DNA from: an uncultured virus (IMG/VR IMGVR_UViG_3300036715_000919)
Lineage: Duplodnaviria > Heunggongvirae > Uroviricota > Caudoviricetes
Strand: one strand, 5' to 3'
Length of the DNA stretch: 27,223 nucleotides
IMG/VR virus record: IMGVR_UViG_3300036715_000919
Below the pieces are notes generated by a model. It was not told where the DNA came from. It searched no databases and saw nothing but the letters and a program-made list of their open reading frames with translations. The position numbers were made by a program, and so were the translations under genes. Shown here piece after piece: positions 1-8,400 of the stretch. Numbering within the stretch: the first letter of the stretch is position 1; every line of letters starts with the position of its first letter.

Positions 1-1
1 G

Positions 2-619
2 TGGAATAGTAGAACGTACCACTTTACTGGCTATACTTCCAGCCTTCAATCCTTCTCCTGCTGCTTCAGCTAATGTCTTGAAGACAGTACCGAACGCCTT
101 CTCCTCAGCAGCAAATGGTATCATCCATTCGGCAGTAGACTTAATCACCGTATCAAACCACCAGGCTGGATCTTTCCAGTCCCAGTTATCATCAGGGTGC
201 TCATGGTATACAGGAAGCGGATCACGAAAAGACTGTAGTTTCTTAGTCAGTGCATTGGTGTAATCACTGTCATCATTGCCAGTAACACCTGCCCATACTT
301 TAGGATCAAGTCCAGTGGCAAACACTTCACCAATACCAAGCACAGAGTTGGTTGCAGCATTGACAATGGAGTCTCCGGCTTGTGCGTACCACTTCTGGTT
401 CTGTGCACGCAACATATAGTTGTCCGCATTCGTTTTGGGCTGAAATGAGAAGTCGCCAAAGTCTTCTCCTGTTACATTCCCAACAGCAGGCGAATTGCCA
501 GCAGTAGGAGTGTTGGATATTTTATTAAGATCAAAACCTCCTGAAGTAGAAGGTTTTGAAGATTTAGATGCCGGTGGTTTGCCGGGATCAGCTATTTTGT
601 CAAGGTCAAATCCAGGCAT
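2..619 (-). CDS. N-terminal 206 codons of a large virion cargo/ejection protein (possibly the giant virion RNA polymerase-containing protein); truncated at window edge
   Basis: Not in the ORF track. ATG at 619 overlaps the upstream TAA (TAATG) and the frame stays open to the window edge: MPGFDLDKIADPGKPPASKSSKPSTSGGFDLNKIS...LRAQNQKWYAQAG...PLPVYHEHPDDNWDWKDPAWWF.... The RAxNQxW and LPxY..WW pattern and the position after the cargo genes resemble N-termini of crAss-like giant cargo proteins. No RNAP motif is visible in the window. Confidence 0.75.
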   Translation of the reverse strand, partial: MPGFDLDKIADPGKPPASKSSKPSTSGGFDLNKISNTPTAGNSPAVGNVTGEDFGDFSFQPKTNADNYMLRAQNQKWYAQAGDSIVNAATNSVLGIGEVFATGLDPKVWAGVTGNDDSDYTNALTKKLQSFRDPLPVYHEHPDDNWDWKDPAWWFDTVIKSTAEWMIPFAAEEKAFGTVFKTLAEAAGEGLKAGSIASKVVRSTIP

Positions 620-2781
620 TACTTATGGTTTTGAAATGTTTCTATAATACTGTTTGCAAGCTCATCTACAGAGGATGCAGCCACTTCTTTTGAGGTGCCA
701 TTTTTTCCTGGGTAAGTGATTGTATACTCAGCTCCATCGTGTGCATTGAAAGTTGATTTATCTGATGGTGTGATACGTCTGATCTTTACAGACAGGTTAT
801 CCCCTACAGGTAAATCAAGTACTCCTCCTGGTGCATTGTTCACAGCAGAGATAGACTGTGTAAGGAATTGACGTGCAGGAGTGATTTGCCCCTCTTTGAT
901 CAGATTCTGTGCAGCGCCACTGTATGCCGGCATCTTCACCAGTACATCTTCACCAACTGTATTACCTTTAGCATCAGTCTTACCTGTTCCTACTTTGAAG
1001 AACATCTTGTACTGGCCATCCGTATCAATACCAATACCAGCGAACTTGGAAGCACCGGCAATTTTCTTATAATCGTCTGCTGCAAGTGGCGCACCAGACT
1101 TGTCGCCACTGGCCCAGGTCAATCCCTGTGCCCCGTACTTCAATCCTTTACTATCCAGATTCACAGATAAGTTATTGAAGTTATCATTGATAGCTGTGTT
1201 CAGCTTGGTATTCTTGAACGTAGTCAGTCCAATGACAGCTGAAGTGTTCTTGGTATTATCATTCAGCAATTGTTTGTAACGGGCATAGCCTGGGGTATCC
1301 TGTACAACAGCATCATAAGCACTCTGACCTCTCTTGGCAGCATCTTCACGGCTAAGGAGATTCTTAGGATCATTGATTGCATCCTGATAGTATTCCTGGT
1401 AAGCCTTGTCAGCTTTCTCTTTCAATGAAGGATCAATCTTATAACCGGCTTGCTTCTGCAATCTCTCTTTCAGATCACTCAGTTCCTGAGAAGACTTGGA
1501 AGCCTGCTTTTGGGTATCTATGAACTTCTGAGCCATAGAAGTAACTTCCTTGCCACTGGCATCGAACCACTTGGTTCCAGGATCATAGATGTTGCCATTT
1601 GGTTTAGCTTTAGTCGTATTCTGCCAGTCAAGCAGAGCAGTGTATGCATCTTTGTTGGCCTTATCATGAATAGCAATTCCAGATTCAATTGAAGCCGGGT
1701 TGCTGTATTGAGAACCATTGAGAGGTTGGATAATAGTTGACTGGATTGGTATAGACTGATTGTCCATATCCTTCAGTGTAAATGGATTGGCCTGGATACC
1801 TTGTCCTGTCTCCACATCGTGCTGAGTGTACTTATCACGGCCATAAGCATGTGCATTACTAAGCAACTGACTCACAATCTTATCTCCCTTGATACTCTTT
1901 ATAGCAGTAGTGAGGTCCTCTCCCTGAGCGAGTCTACTGTGCAGCGCCTCAGATAGGGTGACAGGTACACTATCTTTACCCTGATCTCCGGCTTTCATTC
2001 CTACTACTTCATCAGGATTGAGTCTACTATAATTAATATTGTATGTTCCCAGATCACGCTGCTGATGTAACCATGACTGAGCCTCAGGGTCATTGGATAG
2101 TCCTTCATTGATGATAGCCTGTACACGATCTGCAGGCATTGTAGTAGTTTTGCGGCTGGCACTGTCTATCCATTGCCCATTGAGGTATTCTACCTGACGT
2201 CCATTGACAACAGGCTTAGCATGTTCCAACCAGGTATCTACTTTCTTGGATAGGTCAATATCTTTGGTATAGTCTCTTCCCTGGAATCTTCCAGTATACT
2301 TACCAGTCTGTGGATCAATCTGTACACCTCTGTACTGATGAATATCCCGTTGCAGTATCTGATCCGCTGATGCTGGAGTGAGGTAGCCGGCATCAGTTGG
2401 GTTTTTCTCAGTAGCTTTCTTCAATTCTTCTTTACGGTCTACGAGATCCTTTGCAGACTGTGCAAATGGAGCATACTCCTGTGGCAACTGTTGAGCAAGC
2501 ATGGTAGACTCTCTCACAGCATTCTCCAGGTCGGGCCGCTTGGCCAGTGTAGAGAGTTTCGTAGAGAACTTATCTCTCAATCCCTGCAATGCCTGCTGAT
2601 CCTGTTGAAATGGGGTAGTCAGATTGCTCAGATACTGATTTGCATAATCCTGCCTGTCTTGAGCAGTATCATATTGCTTCTGTAGTTGAGCACTTACTGC
2701 CACCATCTCTGGCACAGCAGATCCCTGGTACTCTGGTACTCGGTTGCTGTTAGCTAATCTATATCCGTCGTAAAGTCCCAT
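619..2781 (-). CDS. Virion cargo/ejection protein (720 aa)
   Basis: Long intact ORF with a helical, Gln/Lys/Asp-rich N-half. It lies between the cargo-1-like genes and the giant protein, as in crAss-like gene order. Function inferred from synteny only. Confidence 0.6.
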   Translation of the reverse strand: MGLYDGYRLANSNRVPEYQGSAVPEMVAVSAQLQKQYDTAQDRQDYANQYLSNLTTPFQQDQQALQGLRDKFSTKLSTLAKRPDLENAVRESTMLAQQLPQEYAPFAQSAKDLVDRKEELKKATEKNPTDAGYLTPASADQILQRDIHQYRGVQIDPQTGKYTGRFQGRDYTKDIDLSKKVDTWLEHAKPVVNGRQVEYLNGQWIDSASRKTTTMPADRVQAIINEGLSNDPEAQSWLHQQRDLGTYNINYSRLNPDEVVGMKAGDQGKDSVPVTLSEALHSRLAQGEDLTTAIKSIKGDKIVSQLLSNAHAYGRDKYTQHDVETGQGIQANPFTLKDMDNQSIPIQSTIIQPLNGSQYSNPASIESGIAIHDKANKDAYTALLDWQNTTKAKPNGNIYDPGTKWFDASGKEVTSMAQKFIDTQKQASKSSQELSDLKERLQKQAGYKIDPSLKEKADKAYQEYYQDAINDPKNLLSREDAAKRGQSAYDAVVQDTPGYARYKQLLNDNTKNTSAVIGLTTFKNTKLNTAINDNFNNLSVNLDSKGLKYGAQGLTWASGDKSGAPLAADDYKKIAGASKFAGIGIDTDGQYKMFFKVGTGKTDAKGNTVGEDVLVKMPAYSGAAQNLIKEGQITPARQFLTQSISAVNNAPGGVLDLPVGDNLSVKIRRITPSDKSTFNAHDGAEYTITYPGKNGTSKEVAASSVDELANSIIETFQNHK

Positions 2782-2784
2782 TGT

Positions 2785-3903
2785 TTAGCATTTAACTTTT
2801 CTTCTTCCTATGTTTCCACCATAAGCTGCCACTGGTGGAAGTGTCTTTGGCATTTCCACGCTATGGTGAGAGAATTTATCACGGTAGATATTACTGTTCG
2901 GATTGTTGTTACGCATGTAGCTGGCCATGTTGATGATCCACTGGTCGGATGTAGGATTGAGGTTTTCACCTTTCTCTGTCTGAATTCCAGCGTATCCTAT
3001 AGGACGACGTAAACGTACAGGAGGAATAGGAGGATGTCCCGGATCAGGCTCAGTAATCAACCCACCTGCTGCAAACTGACCATACATTGCCTTGTATCTC
3101 TCGGGATCATTGTCTTTGAGATAAGCAGCATACCCACTATCAGCGCCATAGGCTCTGTCAGATACACCACTATTTTTCCACATTGGTTTGTAAGCTTCCC
3201 ACTTATCACGGTCGAGCTGCTGTGCATCCCTGAACTGCTGTTGGCCAACATACTTGTCGGCTGCATTGGAGAGATTAGCACTCTGTTCTCGTTGATCGAC
3301 TACCTGTGCTTCAGTGAGATTGTTCTTCCACTGATTCATTACTCCCATGTTCTGCATTTCAATGCCAGCATTCAATTGACGGTTCTGATTATCAATTCCC
3401 ACGTTGGTATTGTTCACGGATTCATACACGCTATTCTTAGCTCGGATACCTTGAGCCATATTGCTTCCCTTTACTGCAGCAGCTGTATTCTCATCCAGAT
3501 TTCTGTCAGCAGCTCCGTTCATTCCACGTACAGATCTGTCAGCTTCCACTAACTGTCCATCAGCAGATACATGAGATGCAGATACTGCACCTACCATACC
3601 GGGTGCCTGAGGCAAAGGAGGATGACGGAATGAGTTAGCCAAATTGGATACATACGGCACGATGTCCCCGAACTTAGAGAATACATTACTCCTGCGCATT
3701 GTACCCGGAGAATCAAATCCCGCAGTACGGCCTGGAGCATTGAACGCACTCACCTGTTTCCCAACAGCAGGAGTCTTATCGTAGGATAACATTTGTGGAT
3801 CAGCCATGGATACTCTTTTGGAGGAGTGGTTGGCTCCCCAATTGTAAGCTGGATCGTATGGATCTTCGGGATCTCCTCCATTTTTGAATACTTTACGTCT
3901 CAT
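2785..3903 (-). CDS. Virion cargo protein, resembling the C-terminal half of crAss-like cargo protein 1
   Basis: Carries FKNGG, FAAGG and AAYGG motifs, an Asn/Gln-rich helical segment (NSVYESVNNTNVGIDNQNRQLN) and PYVSNLANSF...PPLP, recalled as typical of this family. Synteny after the muzzle. Confidence 0.6.
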   Translation of the reverse strand: MRRKVFKNGGDPEDPYDPAYNWGANHSSKRVSMADPQMLSYDKTPAVGKQVSAFNAPGRTAGFDSPGTMRRSNVFSKFGDIVPYVSNLANSFRHPPLPQAPGMVGAVSASHVSADGQLVEADRSVRGMNGAADRNLDENTAAAVKGSNMAQGIRAKNSVYESVNNTNVGIDNQNRQLNAGIEMQNMGVMNQWKNNLTEAQVVDQREQSANLSNAADKYVGQQQFRDAQQLDRDKWEAYKPMWKNSGVSDRAYGADSGYAAYLKDNDPERYKAMYGQFAAGGLITEPDPGHPPIPPVRLRRPIGYAGIQTEKGENLNPTSDQWIINMASYMRNNNPNSNIYRDKFSHHSVEMPKTLPPVAAYGGNIGRRKVKC

Positions 3904-3909
3904 AGTATA

Positions 3910-4671
3910 TTAATTTAAACCCAGCATGTGCTTGGTGTACTCCTGGGATAGTTTCAATTGATTCTCTTTCTCCTTCAGCAGTTTCAGACTGTTTACTCTT
4001 TCAGGACTCAATGGCTTGTGTTCAATCTTACCAATAGCTTTTGCTATCGGCTTATGTAGTGCAGCAAATCCGAGACGGTCGGAGAATACATAACTTCCGT
4101 TAGTAGTCTCATTGCCCTCCACTTCAGCGCCCATGCCTGGTATCTGTATTCCTCCTTGCTCATGCGGTGGTCCATTGAATTCTGCTGCCTGTGAATTGAG
4201 TGGAGTGGCAGTACCTCCTTCAGTTTGTTGATTGGATACATTGAGTGGTCCGCCTGCTGCATAGTAACCGTTCATTAGGGTAGCAGTGTTACCACGTACC
4301 AATGTAGGATCAGTGGCAATGCGTGCTGACGCCTGCTGTTGATTGAGAAGAGTATTACGTCTCTGTTCTTCATTTTTCAATCTGGAAGCCTGTTCTGCCT
4401 GAGACTTATTAGATAGAAAGCCTGCAATCAATCCTGCTCCAGCGCCAATGCCAGCACCGAGTGGGCCGAAGTTAGCTCCCATGGCCGCACCCTTACCTAC
4501 ACTACTCACGAGATTGGCTCCCATGGTACGTTTGCCGTATTGATCAGCAGGTCCCAGTGAGTCAGTTAAACTACCAACCAGTGAACCGGCCTGGCCAATT
4601 CCTGTTGCCATTTCAGCATCAGTGAATCCACCGACTGCGTATTTCTTATATCGTTTGCTCAGTGTAGCCAT
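3910..4671 (-). CDS. Virion cargo protein with glycine-zipper hydrophobic segment, resembling the N-terminal half of crAss-like cargo protein 1
   Basis: Glycine zipper GAAMGANFGPLGAGIGAGAGLIAGFL; motif GPPHEQGGI...AEVEGNET...YVFSDRL characteristic of crAss-like cargo 1; YAVGG and YYAAGG motifs. Confidence 0.7.
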   Translation of the reverse strand: MATLSKRYKKYAVGGFTDAEMATGIGQAGSLVGSLTDSLGPADQYGKRTMGANLVSSVGKGAAMGANFGPLGAGIGAGAGLIAGFLSNKSQAEQASRLKNEEQRRNTLLNQQQASARIATDPTLVRGNTATLMNGYYAAGGPLNVSNQQTEGGTATPLNSQAAEFNGPPHEQGGIQIPGMGAEVEGNETTNGSYVFSDRLGFAALHKPIAKAIGKIEHKPLSPERVNSLKLLKEKENQLKLSQEYTKHMLGLN

Positions 4672-4672
4672 T

Positions 4673-5428
4673 TTACCTATAAGATTTATCTGCGTTGATG
4701 TCTGCTCCGTGCAGTACGAATTGTTTTCCGGATGAATTATCGAACTCTAACCGTATGATAAAGAAGCTATCATGAATAAGATCCTGGTCGAACCAAGGCT
4801 TATCCAAATCTATAGCCACATCATCTACAGCGAAGTTATGGAATATGTCAAGCAGAAACTGGGTTCCATATACAGCAAGCATGTCTTTGAAGGAACTGAA
4901 GCTCCATATAGATTGTGTCTTTCTGGTGATATACTCCAGGTTATCGAATACCTGATCCAGTGGAATGCGTCCAGTACACTGTTGATTGTTCCAGATGGTA
5001 ATATGTGTCAGTGTAGCAAATTCCAGTTCCTGTCTGTCATTGAAGACTTCACTCATCCACTGCACACTGTCAAGGATCATCTCACTGTCAGCAGTGAATA
5101 CTGCGTCAATAAAGAAGGGTTTGATAGCTACATCATGAAAGACACCAGGATTACCAGTATGATGTTTATATATAGATCTGTTTTTCAGATTATACAATTG
5201 AGTTTTTGTTGAGAAGTAGAAGTCCGGCAGGTAGTCATGAAAGAATACCCAGCCTCCACCGTCCAGTGAGAAGGAAAGTGTATAGGATTTATCAATTTGG
5301 GCATCCAGTTCTGCATCCTGAAATGCATAGCAGATACCATCTACCTTCTCGAGGTAAATGCAACTCCCATCGTCTACATCAGCAGACGGATTATAATTCT
5401 TGGCTTTGGGGTTAGTACATCCGTTCAT
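4673..5428 (-). CDS. C-terminal part of the tail muzzle/stabilisation protein, encoded separately, with an N-terminal GCTxP..NYNP.A..DDGSC motif
   Basis: SYTLSFS...WVFFHDYLPDFYF...IRLEFDN matches the segment that normally follows 'YDPKYKRLLLT' in crAss-like muzzle proteins. The start codon overlaps the upstream stop (TAATG at 5426-5430). Confidence 0.75.
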   Translation of the reverse strand: MNGCTNPKAKNYNPSADVDDGSCIYLEKVDGICYAFQDAELDAQIDKSYTLSFSLDGGGWVFFHDYLPDFYFSTKTQLYNLKNRSIYKHHTGNPGVFHDVAIKPFFIDAVFTADSEMILDSVQWMSEVFNDRQELEFATLTHITIWNNQQCTGRIPLDQVFDNLEYITRKTQSIWSFSSFKDMLAVYGTQFLLDIFHNFAVDDVAIDLDKPWFDQDLIHDSFFIIRLEFDNSSGKQFVLHGADINADKSYR

Positions 5429-8400
5429 TAGCTACAAGTTCCTTTAGTGTTAGCGTAAGTTTGTTTATTGGCAGCCACATCTGCTACGGCCAGCGCATCT
5501 GCTGCAGCTTGGGAGACGATGGACATGTATGTTCCCTGTGGAACTGTGTATGTAACTACAGAGCCTACACCAGTGGTGCAATCATTCTTCTGTACAGTCC
5601 CTGAGGCTGCTGCACTGAGATAGGTTACCACTGTAGCGCCACAGTCGATGTGATTGGCAATGTCCGGGTAATAGGGTACATTCATATCCTGGAAAGTGAG
5701 TATAGGAGTAAGCTGATTGTTCACTATGTTGATAATAGTTGAATGTCTCAGATCATTGATTTGCACCTTATCCCAGTGACGGGTATTGGTAGCTCCTGTA
5801 GGAACAACAGTCTCAATCTTCTTACAGCTAGGGGAACCTGTCAGGTCCAGTACATACCCGCTTGGACAAGTGGCTACTACATTGGGCTGATTGATCATGC
5901 TGGTAGTGGTATAAAGAATAGTCACTCCGGCATCAGTAGTTGCTGCCTGAATTGTAGCAGGCGTATTGTCATAGATGATCATTCCGATGGAATCATTGAC
6001 ACTGCCGTCTCCGGTACCTACCGCGTTAAAGATGTTGGCGCCATTGATAATGTCTACAGGAAAGATGTGGAATACCTTGAAGCTTTCGTGTGTACCCAGT
6101 CCATCTGTAATAGCAATACGTACACCATTCACTTTCAGCTCAAACTCATTGTCTCCGAAGATACCCACGTACACAGTACGGGCAGAGCCGGTGTTGTTAT
6201 AGTAAGCTGAGATGGTAGTCTGTGCCCCTGCAGTTAGTGCGTCCGGTGTTCCATTACAATCACTATCTACCCACACACCGCAGGCATTGGGCCTTCCTTT
6301 CCAGTAAGTAGTACTCATCTCTGCATACACGTCACTGGTGGGGGCTGTGAATAGTTCAATGGAACTGTTATTCCAGCCTGGCTTGTATATACGGGCAAAG
6401 TAACTTCCATAGGCGCTGTTAGTGCTGGCCGCCAAACAACCTCCGCTACTGATAATAGTGGCAGCTGTAGTAGTAGTCTTTACACAAGCAGATCCATCAG
6501 AGGATAGTGTATACCCTGATGGACAGGATGGAGTACCGCTGAGACAACTTGGGACTGCTGGTGAAAATCCAATTGAGCCCCTCGTGTACTCCACATTGAT
6601 GGTCACAGTGAAGAGTACTGGTGGTAAACCTGAGCCAGATACACTCATGTGTAATAGATACTGTGGGGTAACTATAGGATTAAGTGAACTATTGTTTACA
6701 AGGGTAATTACCAGTGTAGTTAGATCTACTGTGAACACTCCTGGTACACTTTCAGAGATGAGTGTGTAGGTCAGTGACAAGTCTTCTCTCACCAGAGCCG
6801 GTCCCAGTGTTACTACAGGAGTTAGTGATGGAGTAGTATCTGGAATGGTGATAGTAGTATCTGGCATTACAATTACCCCATCAGCAGGTGTGATATGTAC
6901 AATACAGGTGCCGTGTACCAGAGTCGTACCATCAGTGACTGTAATATCCAGCACATAAGTTGGAATGGTATTGCCATCCAGTTGTGTATGATCGGCAATG
7001 GTGATAGCCCCTGTTGCAGGGTTGATAGTGAAAGTTCCACCTGTGTTGCCTCCGGCGATGCCAAAAGTAAGTGTATCTCCCTCACGATCCGTAGCCACCA
7101 TCAATGCTACACTGTCACCATCAAGATTAGTCTCAGAGATAGTTACCTCATTGTTCAGTATCACTGGTGGACGGTTAACTGAAGTCAGGTGAACTATCAG
7201 GGTGAACCCGTCAAAGTCTCCTGCTGTGCCAAACCCCTTACCTGCGAAGGTGTACAGAGATTGAGTATAGTAATCCAGGCTTCCCACTACTGTAACCTTA
7301 CCAGTGGATGGGTCAATGGCAAAGGGAGACGAGGAGCCTGTGATATAGTAGTTTACAATGTTAGAACCTGCCAGTGTTCCTATGAGGGTACCAACGGCAG
7401 TGTTTTCAGAGATAGTCAGTTCCAAGTCGGGAACCCCCGGTACCGGCGCAGCATCACAGTTATAGACTGTACTATTGACACCAAGAAACCGTACTAGCTT
7501 GCCGTCCTTTAATAGCAGATCGCCTATAGAGTAAGTCAGGATGTTAGCCGGATCGTAGTTGTTTACTATAAGGCCCGCATTGGCTCTCACATCTTTAGCT
7601 GTCAGCAGGAGTCTCTTGTACTTAGGATCATACCCAATAGTGTAGCCATTACCAATAAAAGGATTATTCTCTTTCATTCGCAGGTATTCTTTGAAGAATA
7701 CGTTCATCTCTTTATTGATCAACTCCAGCTGTCCCTTGTAGATGAAGATGTTTCCTTCTTTGGAGTCAAGAAAGATATAACCATTTGGGGTACGTACACA
7801 GGCCAGGTCATGCTGTGTCCCTGCATACCCTCTGGGAGCTGAGTTTGCTTCCTGTGGTTCAAACTGGAAGATGTCTCCACTTCCAAGTGTGATGGATATG
7901 ATGTCAGCTTCCAGTTTGGTTTTATCCTGTGTACGGAAGAGGGCATTCTCACAATGGATGAGTAATCGGTCATCCATACCTTCCAGGTGAACAGGTTTGC
8001 CCATATTCTTCTGCATCTCGTAGTAATCCAGTGGCAGGCAGCTTCTCCAATTACGGACTTTAGTTTGCCGGCTCAGTTTACCCATTCGATGTATCCTGTA
8101 TGGGTGGAGGTATAAGTCCTCGGCGAACGTATTAAATATATCTGTTGCAAACAGATCATCCAGTGCATTGCTGTCCTTCTTATAGCCGAACTGGTTAGGA
8201 TCTATATCCCGCATGAAGTTAGTAAGGTAATTGTCCTTATCATTAGGTGTAAGTGAACTTTTCGGATAGTACCTGCTGTATGGATTGGCAGGGTCTTCAT
8301 AGCGGGCATAAAGATTAGCCACACATTCACAGATGAAGCGTCTTACTACTTTGGTTCCCTGGAACATACCATTGTAAGGAGATACCTGGTTCTCATTATC

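Noticed and set aside
619..4671. Three cargo ORFs lie in the same frame separated by single TAA codons (TAA-TAT-ACT-ATG; TAA-ACA-ATG), suggesting a read-through polyprotein
   Set aside because: TAA is the dominant true stop in this window, each downstream ORF has its own ATG with an A at -3, and two in-frame junctions are expected by chance about 1 time in 9.
5420..5445. Programmed -1 frameshift fusing the two muzzle halves
   Set aside because: No X XXY YYZ slippery site before the stop, the DUF5977-like domain ends naturally, and TAATG coupling is routine in this window.
5431..7446. DGR target or invertible shufflon in the adhesin region
   Set aside because: No reverse transcriptase, recombinase, template repeat or flanking inverted repeats seen in the window.
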